DNA from: Conidiobolus incongruus B7586
Lineage: Eukaryota
Length of the DNA stretch: 42,481 nucleotides
Direction: 5' to 3'
NCBI GenBank assembly: GCA_000697335.1
Contig: JNEM01013840.1
Location: 1-42,481, forward strand
In this document: in pieces, positions 1-13,097 of the stretch
Layout of the letters: each line of letters starts with the position of its first letter
Numbering within the stretch: the stretch's first letter is position 1
Position numbers and translations under genes: made by a program
Notes under the pieces: generated by a model
The model's input: only the letters and a program-made list of their open reading frames with translations
Database searches by the model: none
Told to the model about the DNA's origin: nothing

Positions 1-925
1 AATCATATTCCAATTTCTTAGCTTTTTGGTATAGCTCAATCCAGGGATATGATTTACCTTCTTCTATAAGTAACTCCAATGTAACCTCTTGGAAAGCTTG
101 CGAGAAGCTGATTTGTTCAAAACCAAGTTTGTTCTTGAACAAGTTAATACTAGCTTGATTTTCTATACCAATTTTGACTTCATATCGCTTCAATCCAATT
201 TTCAAATGGCCTATTTAAGTTAAATGAGTTAAAGCTAATTAGAAAACTAATTTCGATGACTATACCATATGCCATCATTAGGAATATAGCTTGAGTTCCA
301 TATCCTTTTGTTCTATAATCTTTCTCTATATAAAGCGTCAATTTTGAGAATAAATTAGTGTTCATTGTTGATATTACCAGCAATCATTAATTCTAGCTCG
401 CCATGTTTTTCACCATCAAAATCATGAATAAATATATTAACATCACCAATCATTTCTATATTGGTTATGCTTAGTATATTGTTAATTACTTGAGTTTAAA
501 ATTCTACTTGGTTTTAAAATTTCTTTTGATTCAACTGATAACTCTTGTACCTTATCGAGAATAATAAAAGTACATTCTATTGATTGATTTTTAGTTATTT
601 GTATTTGATATAAAATAATATTATGTGTATTACTATCTTGATCATTTTTCCAGCTTTCTTGCATTTCATATTCTTCCTCCAAAGTAAGCCTCTCCGAAGC
701 TGTTTGTTCTATGATTTAAAAAAGTGAGTAATTTTTTTAAGTAGAGTAATTAGTACTAAATACCTCTAATCTCTTCATCTTCCATCCAATCATGATATTT
801 AGCAACATGCTCAGGTCGATAAGGAACTAAAGTCAACTTATCACTATCCTATTTGATATTAATTAAAACACAAAGGATATAAATTAACTCATAATTACCA
901 AAATCGTATTATAATTCAAAAGCAT
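1..925 (-). CDS. NAT9: NAT9-like GNAT N-acetyltransferase, multi-exon, 3' end beyond window start
   Basis: Spliced reading from ATG at 925: MLLNYNTIL|DSDKLTLVPYRPEHVAKYHDWMEDEEIRE..TASERLTLEEEYEMQESWKNDQD..CTFII..MIGDVNIF..GELELMIAEKDYRTKGYGTQA..YEVKIGIENQASINLFKNKLGF. GT-AG introns, first at 898-849. Confidence 0.9.
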
Positions 926-1180
926 GTTAAATTTAATCTATAGTCAAATGACTCAAATGCCACTATCCCACTTTATTAAATAGCACTTTTCTAAAAAAGG
1001 AAAATATGGGTTTGAATATTTAATCCCATCATCTTCTGTTGATGGATAAATTGATAAATTCATTCTTAAGATATCAATCATTCTATTTTTCTGTTAATAC
1101 TTTTTTATATATAATATTTATACAAATAATAATACTTTTAAACAATTAATTTATTTTCATTCCTTTAGATCGAATGAGCA

Positions 1181-2526
1181 ATGGGTTCCACTTCTGCCAA
1201 GGCCTCATTTAATTCCCCAGTAACATTATATTCGTCAGCCACAAATTATCCTGATAATGATCTTCAGAATGAAATTTCTATAAATTCGAATAATATTCAA
1301 AATGTCGAGGCTAGTAATTTTGTTACAACAACTGACAGTTCAAATATAACACATTCTTCATCGCCTGTTCGTAAACTTATATTCGATTATGAGCTTGGTT
1401 TCAAAGACTATTCAATTTCTAAAAAAATAGGATCGAATAATTGCAACCAAGATATAGAGCAAAGGGTATTGTCCGATTCTTTTAAGGTATGCTCCGAAAA
1501 TGCGCAAATTTCTTCGAATGAATCTGAACTAGTCTCGAATATTTCAACAGAAATAGATACTATCTCAGAAAATGACCAAAGATATGAATCAAACATCTCA
1601 AAAAATCATGAGCATTCTGAACACAATAATGATGATATGAATATTAAATTAGGTCAAACTGAGCCTGAATCGAATTCATTTTCATTACCAAATCTTACGA
1701 ATAACTCCGATAGCCAAATAAGCGAACTACCTAGTGATTCTCAAAATCGACTATCTAATCCAGAGCTGCTATCACTTTATTCAATTGATTCTGTTAATTT
1801 ATCAACAGAGGATGAAATAGATGGATTGATACATAAACCATTGTATATTAAAAAGAAGAGTCTTGAACAGTCGGGTAACTTTAATCTGTAGTTATTATAA
1901 TTTTCGGATATTTAATCCTTCCATTATTAGATCTATCCTCCGATTTAGAGTCTTCACAGTCTATTAATTCAGACTCAGGTTCATCATCCAAGCCAAAAAC
2001 AACTAGGAAACGAAGGAAACCGAGAAAACATTATTTTGCGCCTCCTAAAAAGGCCAAGCCCAAGCCCAAGCCCAAGAAGCTTGAAGTTGAACCACCTTCT
2101 GATTCAATGGATGAATTAGAGTTAATCACCAAGGAAAACACTGAAAAGAATATCATTAGCCTTCGAGACAAGCACTATGTCACCATTACCAAGAGCGCAT
2201 CTGAAAAAAATAAAGAATCGCCAGCGCCCATTACGATACAAAGTGATGGTGAAAATGATGCTGACTGTGATGATTCCATGGAGTCACCCAAAAAATTCAG
2301 AAAAATCACCTGGAACGATGTACCTCAGTATAAAGAATTTCACAAAAATCAATCCATTACACTTGGTGAAAGATTCTGCTCTCCAGTCAAGACCAAAGTC
2401 AACGCTCCCAAGAAATCTTGTATTTCGAAGAAAGCACCTTTCAATTCCCCTCAAAATAAGGAAGAGAAAAAATCCACCCCACTTAGTCCGGTTACAGTTA
2501 CTAGGATTATATATTCAAAGAAATGA
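1181..2526 (+). CDS. Ser/Asn-rich, probably disordered protein of unknown function (2 exons)
   Basis: Intron 1875-1930 (GTAACT...TTAG) joins ORF 1181 in frame to the ORF ending at 2526. Basic NLS-like RKRRKPRK and C-terminal RKITW motif. The start is uncertain because an acceptor-like TTTAG lies just upstream. Confidence 0.7.
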
Positions 2527-2871
2527 TTTTTTTTGAAATCAATCAATGTATAATATATCAGTTAATAAGCTGATTATCAATTTTAATTGTAAATTAGCTT
2601 AATAAACTTAAATAATGTTAAATCGAATATTGCTAATACAAGTTTTCAAAAATACTATAGACACATTAGATATGGCTTCGTTTAGTGTAAATAATCAATA
2701 TATTTTACATAGTTTATTCTACAAGGAAACTTGATAACTATTTATAGAGTGATTTTTTAATTTTTGTGACAAAATGTCAAGCTGAATCTGTACTATTGTC
2801 CCATAATAATTCAAAATTATAATAAAAATTTAGAAGGTCATTTAATAAATTATTATAATTCTAGGTTTCAA

Positions 2872-2874
<3 letters not shown>

Positions 2875-2902
<28 letters not shown>
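2875..2902. repeat. (AT)n microsatellite
   Basis: Perfect AT dinucleotide run ending just upstream of the ATG at 2909. Confidence 0.95.
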
Positions 2903-2908
2903 GCTTTT

Positions 2909-3262
2909 ATGGCTGTGAAAAGATTTACTCATATTATTTCACCGTAAGATTGAAGAATGGAAACTATTGATTATATACTAATAAATAACTTTTGATGTAG
3001 TAAAGGAGATTTGTTAGTATCATGTGTAATTGGGATTGCAAGTTATATTTTATATGAAAGATCTCAAACTTCTCTTGACAAACCTAGCTCAAGGCCTTCT
3101 AAAGATAGTTTATTCGATTTAATTCAATATCATTACGGAAATTATTTACCCAATATATCGATTAAAAAACCTAGCATTACACAAGAGAATGACAATGGCA
3201 ATAATTCTAATAATGACAAAGAATTATCTGATTTTTTAAAGGAACTAAGTAAAGAAAAATAA
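2909..3262 (+). CDS. NCE101-like (non-classical export protein 1 family) small membrane protein
   Basis: Exon 2909-2943, intron 2944-3000 (GTAAG...TAG), exon 3001-3262: MAVKRFTHIISPKGDLLVSCVIGIASYILYER...SLFDLI, resembling the NCE101 pattern (IS..D..F...G..AY.LYER). Confidence 0.6.
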
Positions 3263-3610
3263 TTATTTTAGTATTTTTATTCTTCAAGGAGTCAAATTAT
3301 TAATAAATTCATTTATTAAATACAAAACTTTAGTTTTAGCTTTAAATATTATTTTAAATTTTGACGCATATCCTAAATGCTTTTCTATTATAACTCTCCA
3401 AAAAAAGACTTCATTTATATAAATTGTATGAATGTTATTATAACTAATAGTCAGAGGTACTGAAATATATAATTCTCTAAATGTTTCATCAAAATTTAAT
3501 ATAAATTATAGTGATAAAATGGAAAAATATAGTTGGCTATTAAATATTAAATATATAGTCTATTTTTATCTGTAATTTTATATATATACTTTATATGAAT
3601 TTAATAAGAT

Positions 3611-4369
3611 TTAAGCCTTGATAAAGTCATGGACATTGCTCAACCATTTGAGATATTCCTTTTGTTCTTTGTATTGGATGTAGTTGGGGATAAATAAGGC
3701 GAGATCGGTAGTAATACCACGTTCTTGTAAGTAGCGTTCGAATAAAATTTGTAAACTTTCGTCTAAGTCGGCGAAGATGGGACCTCCGTAGACGGCACGA
3801 CGAGCCCAGTCAGCTTCAGCAGTATCTTCGGCAGCCAACTTGCCATCCTTGAAGTAGGTGATACCTTCGATGTTGAAGTAATCGCTGTCAATGACAGTGT
3901 CAATGCTTAAGGAACCACCGTTGGGTTTGGAGATGATAATAGCACAGCGGATAGGAGCGTTACCAAGGTCATCAACAACTTCACCTTCATCAACATCGAC
4001 ATCATCGACGGGCAAGGAGCCAATATCTTTGATAGAGAAGATGACGTCGACCTTTTCGTTACCAAATTGGCGGGTTAAGGTAACTTCATCATGACCTTCA
4101 ACGTCATGAATCTTGAAGGGAGACTTGTCAATGTATTCCTTCATGGCTTCGCTGATTTCAATATCGCCTTCTTCCTTTTCGAATTGAAGTTCTTCGTTGA
4201 GTTTGTGAGCCAAATCGGAATCAACAAGACCGGCACTGGCGGCACGGATGGGAGTAGTGGCAAAAGTACGAAGAGAGAGTTTGGCAAGGGGAGCAACGAC
4301 CTTGACTTGACGTAAAGTAGATCTTAAAGCTAATTTAGAAATGTTATGTACGGCAGCGCGAGCAATCAT
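3611..4369 (-). CDS. MAM33: Mitochondrial acidic matrix glycoprotein MAM33/C1QBP (p32)
   Basis: Arg-rich presequence; VTLTRQFGNEKV; YGGPIFADLDESLQ..FERYLQERGI..YKEQKEYLKWL; strongly biased codon usage. Confidence 0.95.
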   Translation of the reverse strand: MIARAAVHNISKLALRSTLRQVKVVAPLAKLSLRTFATTPIRAASAGLVDSDLAHKLNEELQFEKEEGDIEISEAMKEYIDKSPFKIHDVEGHDEVTLTRQFGNEKVDVIFSIKDIGSLPVDDVDVDEGEVVDDLGNAPIRCAIIISKPNGGSLSIDTVIDSDYFNIEGITYFKDGKLAAEDTAEADWARRAVYGGPIFADLDESLQILFERYLQERGITTDLALFIPNYIQYKEQKEYLKWLSNVHDFIKA

Positions 4370-5304
4370 TCTTTAGAATATTTTAGAATTTAATGGAATT
4401 TGGATTTTTGCGGCCGATTGGGTTAAAAATTTATGTTGATTAAATATAAATTTCAAATAGTGGGATTATATAATGATTAATTGTATCAGATAATCCGATC
4501 TTTAATGATTTAAAAACATCTTCGGCATGTTATATGATCATATTTAATAAATATTGGCTGATAATTTTAACAAAATACTTCTTTCACTCTGATATATTTC
4601 ATATTTTATTTGAAATTCATTAATAGATTTTGAATCAAAATATCTAACTAAACACAGTAATTAAAACTAATGCTTAGATCGTTAATTTTCGAGGTTTTAT
4701 ACAAGTTGATTTTTTAAACTTAATACTATACTTAAGAGTTTTTAAAGCATATATTAAATATTTTGCTTTACAATTGCAATTAATTCAAATAATACTTCCA
4801 ATTCGACCTTAACAAGTACAATCTTATATATTGAAATTAACTAATCCAATCAGAGTATTAGTTACTTTGATTTTATATTCAATATATCATATGAGTATAT
4901 AACTAATAATATAGAAATTACGTTTTACTCGCAGAGCATTATATCAAATAGTAATTAATTAATTCAATATTCAATTAATATTAAGAACAAATTTCTTTGT
5001 TATGATTTTCGATATACTATTATTCAAGAAATTCTTAAATATAATTAACTATTGAATAGTATAAATACATAATATACAATCTGATGAGTAAAAAATATAA
5101 AAATTAATATATGTCAAAGTAGGAGAATTTGGTTGAAAGTAAAGATATGAGACGGTTATTGATATTAACTTATTATTTGAAATAAAAATATCTAAAAATA
5201 TTGAAACAATAACTAATACTTTGTTTTGACAAATTGAAAAAATTCATGAGATTGGTGTACTGGATTGATAATTAATGCAAATATAATAAACTTGATATAA
5301 CAAA

Positions 5305-5613
5305 TGTCACAGCACTCAGTGGCACTGCCGCTGAGATCATGATCTACTGGGAGTTGTCATCAACCCATGACCCACACAACTAGAACTATACTGTGCATTG
5401 GTAGGTAGACTACTAATAAAGAGAAATATGTTAAGAACAAATATAAAGTATATTGTAGATATTTCACACAATAACAAGCCAAAGCTTAGTTATTGTACCA
5501 AAGACGGTATTTATACACTAATACCAGAATTAAGATAGAGTCATATGCATGTGATATGATTCTATTGGTAAAATGTTATGAGACTTAGGAGAAATGGGAT
5601 TAGATATGTGACA
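5305..5613. mobile_element. Solo LTR of a retrotransposon (309 bp)
   Basis: Begins TGTCACA and ends TGTGACA (7-bp inverted termini, TG..CA). Flanked by ACAAA (5300-5304) and GCAAA (5614-5618), a 5-bp TSD with one transition. GC content is above the flanks. Confidence 0.75.
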
Positions 5614-5623
5614 GCAAATTAAT

Positions 5624-5695
5624 GACATGTTGGCGCAATGGTAGCGCGTCCGCCTCCAGAGCGGAAGGCTGGGAGTTCGAGTCTCTCACTCGTCA
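5624..5695 (+). tRNA. tRNA-Trp (CCA), intronless
   Basis: D arm TGGCGCAATGGTAGCGCG; anticodon arm TCCGC-CTCCAGA-GCGGA; T arm GGGAG-TTCGAGT-CTCTC; 72 nt. Two mismatches in the acceptor stem. Confidence 0.92.
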
Positions 5696-6181
5696 TATTA
5701 TATGAAAAGTTTTAAATAAAGATTCAATCAATATCCTGGATGTAATAAATTTTTTATTTATTTCTAATATAATTATGATTTTTCATAATCAAATTGATCT
5801 TTTTACTAATGCTCTAATTTACGGTTTAATAATAAATATTTTTAGTACTAATCAAATTAATATCAAGAAATTTACTTTTAAAAAATATGTTTTTATATTG
5901 TTTGAATTATATAATGGATAAAATATAAAATCCAATACAAAACAAAGCACAGATTAATAAATTAGGTAGCTCAATATAAGCAATAAATCACACAAATATT
6001 TAATAATTGCTAATTTTAATGATTGACGTTCTGATCAATAGATTTAGGCATATTATAATCTAATTATCCCATAATTATTATGATAAATAATATTATATTA
6101 TATTTCATTCAACTAGGGATATAAATCAAAATTAATAATCAATCATTTAATATCTTTAAATTCAGTTAATAATTTCTTTCA

Positions 6182-9100
6182 ATGGAAAAGCAAATTAATG
6201 AAGAGATAAACTTTAATAATATTAATAATGCAAACTCCGAGCCTATTGTGCCAGTTGATGCTCAAAATAATGATACCCAAAGCTCTGAAACTAATGAAAC
6301 TACAAATGTTGATAATAATTATTCTAGATCTGAGTCTAACGAAGTAAACGTTGATAGTACTCAAAATAAAAAGTCTGAACCCAGGCTGTCGATGGCTTCC
6401 AGAAGACTTTCCCAACGCCAATCGGTTAAATCTCAAAAACCTTTTGAACCAACTAAAAGACTAATTATAACCCAAATGGTATTGGAAAACTTCAAGTCTT
6501 ATGCTGGTATTCAAGTTATTGGTCCTTTTCATAAAGTATTTTTATGCAATTTTATCCATTTTTACCTTAAATTTAACATATTATTTAGAATTTTACCTCA
6601 ATTGTTGGACCTAATGGCTCTGGAAAATCCAATGTCATCGACTCATTATTATTTGTATTCGGCTATAGAGCTAGTAAAATGAGGCAAGGGAAATTGTCTG
6701 AGCTTATTCATAATTCTAAGAATGCTCAAAAATTCAATGATTGCTCAGTTGAAGTACATTTTCAAGAGATTTTAGATAAAGTATTATTTATTAAATTAAT
6801 TTATGATTATTACTTAATTAAAATTTTTTATAGGGGGAGGATTATGAATTTGTTCCAAACACTGAGCTTATTATTAAGCGTACTGCTTATCTGAATAATA
6901 CTAGCAAATATTTTATAAATAACCAAGTCAGCTCCTATACTGATGTTACTACTCTTTTAAAAGGAAAGGGTATTGATTTGGATCATAAAAGATTTTTGAT
7001 TCTACAAGGTGAAGTCGAATCGATATCTCAGATGAAAGCGAAGGCATCCAATCCTCATGAAGATGGTCTTTTGGAGTACTTGGAAGATATTATTGGAACT
7101 TCAAAGTATAAACAGCCTATCGAAGAAGCTGGTCAAAACCTTGATAGACTCAATGAAGCTCGATCCGAAAAATTGACAAGACTTAAAATTGTCGAAAAGG
7201 AAAAGAACTCTTTAGAGAGTACCAAGCAGATAGCTGAGTCTTATATCACAATGGAAAATAACGTTACCCTTAAAAAATCTACATTGTTTCAATATTATAT
7301 ACTCGAAAGTAGCGTAAAAGCCAAAGAGTCCGAATCGAAATTGGTAACCTTATAGATTATCATGATATAATCTATATTATTAACAATTTTAACAGACAGA
7401 GCTGCAACAGAAGTTCGAAGAAGAGATCCAAAAGTTCAGCGGAATTAAAGAAGAAGAGGACCAACTTTCTAAACAGAATTCTGCTCTAACTCAAGAATTC
7501 GAAACTTTGGAACGTAAATATAGCGAAATTAGTTCCAAAATTGAAAAATTGGATAAAGAAGAAATCCAGATTCAAGAAAAGAGGAAGCATTTAACTAGTA
7601 AGCTTAAAAAGTCTGAAAAAATTTTGGAAAAGGTATTCTAAATAGTCTACAATTGAAATCGATTTATTGATTAATTTGTTCTGTATCTAGGAAAGACTCA
7701 AAGCTTCAGAAAATGAGACATGGATTCAGAATCATGAGAAAGATATTGTCAAATCACAGAATGAATTGAAAGAATTGGAGGAATCCTTAAAACAAGAATC
7801 AGTGGTCTTAAATGAAATTGTTGAGTCAATGAAAGGTAAACAAAAAGAGTAATTTAATGGGATAGACAGCTTATAAACTGATTAGGAAAAACTGATGAAT
7901 ACACTATTCAAATTGAGGCTAAGCAAAAAGAATTGGCTCCTTGGAATGAAAAAATTCGTCAACAGCAATCACTTATTGAAGTTGCGAAATCTGAGCTTAA
8001 TCTTGTAGATGAGAAAGAAAATCTGGTTCAAAAGCAGATTGAGGAACTAAAATCTAGAATTATTGAACTTCGAGAGAATCAAGCTGCCAAAGAAAGTGAA
8101 ATTCAAAAAACTGTTGAGAAAAAGAACAAGATGACTGAAGCCTTGGAGCAGATGAATAACCAAATGAAACAAGCAAAGCTTTACGAAGCTCAGCTCCAAG
8201 ACGAACTCCAATCCTCTAGACAAAAGGCATCTGAAGCTCGAAATTTAGTCCAAACCGCCAAAGCTCAAAGTCGAATGTTAGAAGCGTTGATGAAAGAAAA
8301 GGAGCTGGGAAGAATTCCTGGTATCCATGGTCGTCTAGGATCGCTGGGAGTTATCGAAGAAAAATTTGATGTCGCCATCTCCACATGCTGTCCACAGTTG
8401 GACAATATAGTAGTAGATACAGTTGCCACTGCTCAGTCATGTATCAAGTATTTGAAAGATCACAATCTTGGAAGAGGTGTCTTTATTGTATTAGAGAAAC
8501 TTTCCAAATTCAATTTGAATCGAATTGATACTCCTCAGAATGTTCCTCGTCTCTTTGATTTGGTAAAACCAAAGGATCCTATGTATAAGCCGGCATTTTA
8601 TAGTGTACTCAAAGATACATTAGTTGCTACCAACATGAGTCAAGCCAATCAAATTGCTTATGGTAAACAAAGATGGAGAGTTGTTACCTTAGATGGTAAA
8701 TTGATTGACAAATCGGGTACAATGACTGGTGGTGGTACTCGAGTTGCAAAAGGTGCAATGAGCTCAAAATTTGCAGACGAAGGTGTAAGCTCAGAAAGAT
8801 TAGCACATTTAGAGGCAAATCTCAGGGATAAAGAAAAGAAATGGGAAAAATTCCAAAAAGATCTACAGGATTTAGAGAATAAGATAGAAAGAGTGAATCG
8901 AGAGTTACCCAATTTGGATGTAACCACCTCTAAGCTTAAACTTGATTTCGATTCATATCATGCTCAAATTCAAGCTGCTAAAACTCAGTATGTTAACTTA
9001 GAGAAACAACCTGTCTCTACGCCTGAAGATTTAGAAAAGAAGCAGCAGCTCAAAGACAGTATTGTAAAACATTCTCAAGAACTGGACCAGCTTAAAATTG

Positions 9101-10434
9101 GTTCCCAAAGTTTGGAAAATGATATTAAAAAGTTACAAAACAAGATTCTCGAAATAGGAGGTGTCCAGCTTCGAACTCAAAAGTCTAAAGTCGAGACTAT
9201 CAAGAGCCAGATGGAAATGATTCAGCACAAGTTTACCAAGTCGCAAGTCGATCTTAATAAAATCAAAAAAGATCTAGCCTCAGTAAATAAATCTATTGGC
9301 AAGCATGAGTGCGAAATCGAAATCATTCAATCAGACCTTGAAGCTATCGACCAAGAATTGAAAACTCATAGCGAAAAATCAGTAGTACTCAGAGAAAACC
9401 AACAAGGAATCAGATCGCAGATTGGCGAAAAGTCTAAACAATTAGAGGACACTAAAGCGCGCTTAGATGCCAATCGTGAAACATTAGCCAAACTCAAAAC
9501 AATCGAAGCTGGCTTACAGAATGAAATGGAAGAGCTTAATAGGATATTCACCGAAAGTAAGCAGCAAACAGCACATTGGGAAGCTGAACAACAGCGTCTC
9601 ACTTTGCAATCTCTTGAGTAAGTTTATTCATATCATCTTTGCTTCATGCTAACCATCATTTAGTGGCGAAGGTCCCGATTCAACACCACTCCCTATTGTT
9701 CCTGAGGAAGAATTACGAAACATAGATATCAACCAATATAAGGAAGACATTTCCGAATTAGAATCCAAGTTATCTTCAATGCAGCCTAATTTATCAGTGC
9801 TAAGAGAGTATCACCAAAAGGAACAAGATCTCTCATTCCGCCAAAAAGAATTAGATGAATGCACAGGTGAACGCGATAAATATAAAGATTTATATGATAA
9901 TTTGCGAAAACAAAGACATAAAGAGTTCATGGAAGGATTCACTACCATTTCTGATAAGCTTAAAGAGATGTACAGAATGATTACGCTCGGAGGAAATGCC
10001 GAATTAGAATTAGTTGATAGCTTGGATCCTTTCTCTGAGGGAATTATATTTAGTGTTATGCCCCCTAAGAAGAGTTGGAAGAATATATCAAATTTATCGG
10101 GTGGTGAAAAGGTAATCTATAATAATTTTTACTGTTGGATAATATCATTAATTCAAGTATTTAGACATTAAGTTCACTGGCCCTAGTCTTTGCTCTTCAT
10201 CATTTCAAGCCCACTCCACTTTATGTCATGGATGAAATCGATGCGGCTTTAGATTTCCGTAATGTTTCCATTGTTGCTAATTACATCAAAGATCGAACCA
10301 AAGATGCACAATTCGTGATCATCAGTTTAAGAAACAATATGTTTGAAATGGCTGATAGATTAGTTGGTATCTATAAGACATCTGATATGACCAAATCTAT
10401 TACCATCAATCCACATGCTATTTCTATGAAATAA
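6182..10434 (+). CDS. SMC4: Condensin subunit SMC4, multi-exon
   Basis: LENFKSYAG..IGPFHK, Walker A VGPNGSGKSN after splicing, RFLILQGEVESI, hinge GIHGRLGSLG/WRVVTLDG..SGTMTGGG, signature LSGGEK, Walker B MDEIDAALD. Several short GT-AG introns. Confidence 0.97.
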
Positions 10435-10990
10435 CTTTATAGCACACCTTACCATTAAACCATGTGTATTTTATATATTATTTTAAATAAACCTATTTAT
10501 TTTCATCAAATAATCAGTTATATATACTAAGGCATATATTAAAATAGATATAATTTATACTAATAATACATAAAAAAATATAATTGGATATATGATAGTG
10601 AATTGTATGTATTTCACTTGATTTTATTGAATATGAAATATTTATAATAAAAATATCAACTAAATGGTTGATTATTCTGAAGTTATAATTGATTTTATAT
10701 CCAGATAAAAATGCTTTTTATAGTATCTGGTTCTAAAAGATATCAAATTATTATAATTTCAAAAAATTACCATTTTTTTTGTTTTATTTATGCTCAATAA
10801 ATTGTGAAAAATTCTTCCAGTATCATTAATTGTTATAATTATTGGTAAGATGCTTCAAAATCTATCAGAATATTTAAAAGATTAATGAGATTAATTAATA
10901 CAGTAACTAGGTGTAAATGAGAATGACTGTGTTTGAATTTATTATTGAATTATTTAACAGTTTATTATTAGTTTTGATTAATTGATTAAA

Positions 10991-13097
10991 TTACAGCTTG
11001 GATCCAGCAGGAGCTTGAACACCATCAAAGAGTTGCTTGAGTTCGGTGGCAGCAGCATCTAAATGGTGCTTGAGGTGAGCAGCCTTCATGGGTCTGAGGG
11101 AGGTGACGGTGAAAAGTAAGGAATCGTTGTTGATCATGTAGGGGATACCGTAGCCGTCGGGGACGACTTCACCCCAGCCGTAGCCTTGGAAGAATTCACT
11201 CACGAGTTGAGAAGTGGAAAGGTTCCAGTGGCAAGAATAGGCATAGGCGGGGTCAGTGAAGATGGCAGGCTTGGGTTCGTTGGCTTCTAAGGAGAGTCTC
11301 AAACCGAGAAGATGGCGATCAACGCCTCTACCGTCAGATGCATCGGCAGTGTACTTGGAATGGGCTTGGCAAGCTTGCTGGAGCTTCTGGATCTTGACTT
11401 CTTTGGAAAGGGAAGGGTCATTCATAGCCTTGACAAATTCGACGGATTCTAAACTGACGGAACGAATGGTCTCGGTACGGCCCTTCAGGTACTTTCTAGT
11501 GGAGGCAGATTCATAAGTAGGACGGCTGACACCATGCATGTTGTAGTAGGCAAGTTGAATGATCATTTGGGCGAAGGCATCAGGACTGACCTTGCATTTC
11601 TTGATGAAGTTTTTTCCATAGCCATGATAAGCCAACACATGGAGTTCATGCTTATTAACCCATTCATCAAATCTTTGGGTAGCTTCTTGGATGGAGCGGC
11701 TGACCAAAGGGGTAACAGTGAAGTCAAGACGCTTGGGGGTAGCGAGGTCAGCTCTAGCAGGTTGATCATAGTGATGGTTGATCTTGCCATTGAAGAGAGC
11801 GTGGCAAATCCAATCGCTCAAACGAGCAGTGGGAGTAGCATCCATACTAGAGTGCTCACCGTTGAAACCAGCTTTACCATTTTCGAAAACAATAAATTGT
11901 AAAGACTTGTCAAAGAATCTGTTCTTACCATCTCCATGCCAGCATGCTCTAGAAATTTCTTCTCTGGTGACAGGAGAGGAGTCGTCCAAGCAGACTAAGA
12001 AAATGGAACTTTCAATCTTTTCTAAAAGAGCAGCATTTTCGGGGGAGGCAGCAAGTAACCCTTCACGAGCATCGGTCCATTTGTCACGGTTATCAGTAGT
12101 TAAAATACCAATAGCGGGACCGCGTTGGTCACCAGCGTCTTGGATAATCTTGTCGAGCTGTTGCTCCAATTCAGCAGTGGTTAATTGCTTACCATTTTGA
12201 ATAGTTTCAACAATGTAGAATTTATTCTTGCGTACGACAGCAATGTGGTTGTTGGTTGCAGGATCAAACGCCTCTTCATAATCGCTAGGCTTCTTGGGGT
12301 AACGACAGGCATTGAACAACCATTTGTAGGAGTCCATACACAAGGGATAGGCCTTGGTTTTTTCTGGAGCTAATTCTTGGCTATTGAAATGGTTATTTAT
12401 AGTATAACATTATTTGATATTAATGTTACCTCAGGACAGCTTTGCGGAATTCAAGAGCAGCAGTGATAATTTGAGAAGCTCTTTTGGTGTTTTTCTTGAC
12501 AGCTGGATCATCCTTGTAAGCGAAGAAGTAAGAAGAGAAGAAAGGGAGAGGATCACGGTAGCCAAAATAGGCAAGATCAATCCACCATCTATCAAGCCAG
12601 TTGTCAACCTTGGGATCATTGGCCTTGGCAACGAGGCGTTCTTGTAACTTTTCACCCCAGCCACCAGGCTTTTGGAATTCTTCAACAGCTTGGACAGTCT
12701 TAAGATATTCAGTTTCATTCAAAAGTGGCTTGACAGATCTCAAGTACTTGGAGAGGGTATCCTTGAGGACGGGGACTGGTAACTTTGGGAGAGAGGCTTG
12801 ATGCCCTAACATTTTGCTTTTGTTGACAGTTGAAGAGGTCATATTACGGGAGATAAATTGCTTGGGTAATCTATATAACAAAATCAATCAGTTACACACT
12901 GTGATACAATAAGTATTGATATCATGATAGACTTAAGTTGATCAAATTAATATAACAAAATACCACAATATAAGCTTAACTATTGATAATATAAAACACG
13001 CTCTTTGATTTATAGTATATGTTGTATATATGCTAAAAAGAGAAAAGTAATTTAAAGATTAAACATACCTGCGAGAAGATAATTGAAAGATGTTCAT
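10991..13097 (-). CDS. CAT2: Carnitine O-acetyltransferase (CAT2-like) with N-terminal presequence and C-terminal SKL
   Basis: Exons 13097-13069, 12870-12430 and 12380-10991. Motifs LPKLPVP, NRFFDKSLQF, catalytic EHSSMDA, TYESASTR, GRTET, STS, VVPDGYGI; ends AGSKL*. Confidence 0.95.

Noticed and set aside
5305..5415. Hairpin-rich segment resembling an H/ACA RNA, SECIS or ribozyme
   Set aside because: No convincing consensus core; better explained as part of the solo LTR with a TSD.
11256..12801. Several plus-strand ORFs overlapping CAT2 (likewise antisense ORFs in MAM33, SMC4 and PEX6)
   Set aside because: Shadow ORFs caused by codon bias; no recognisable protein features.
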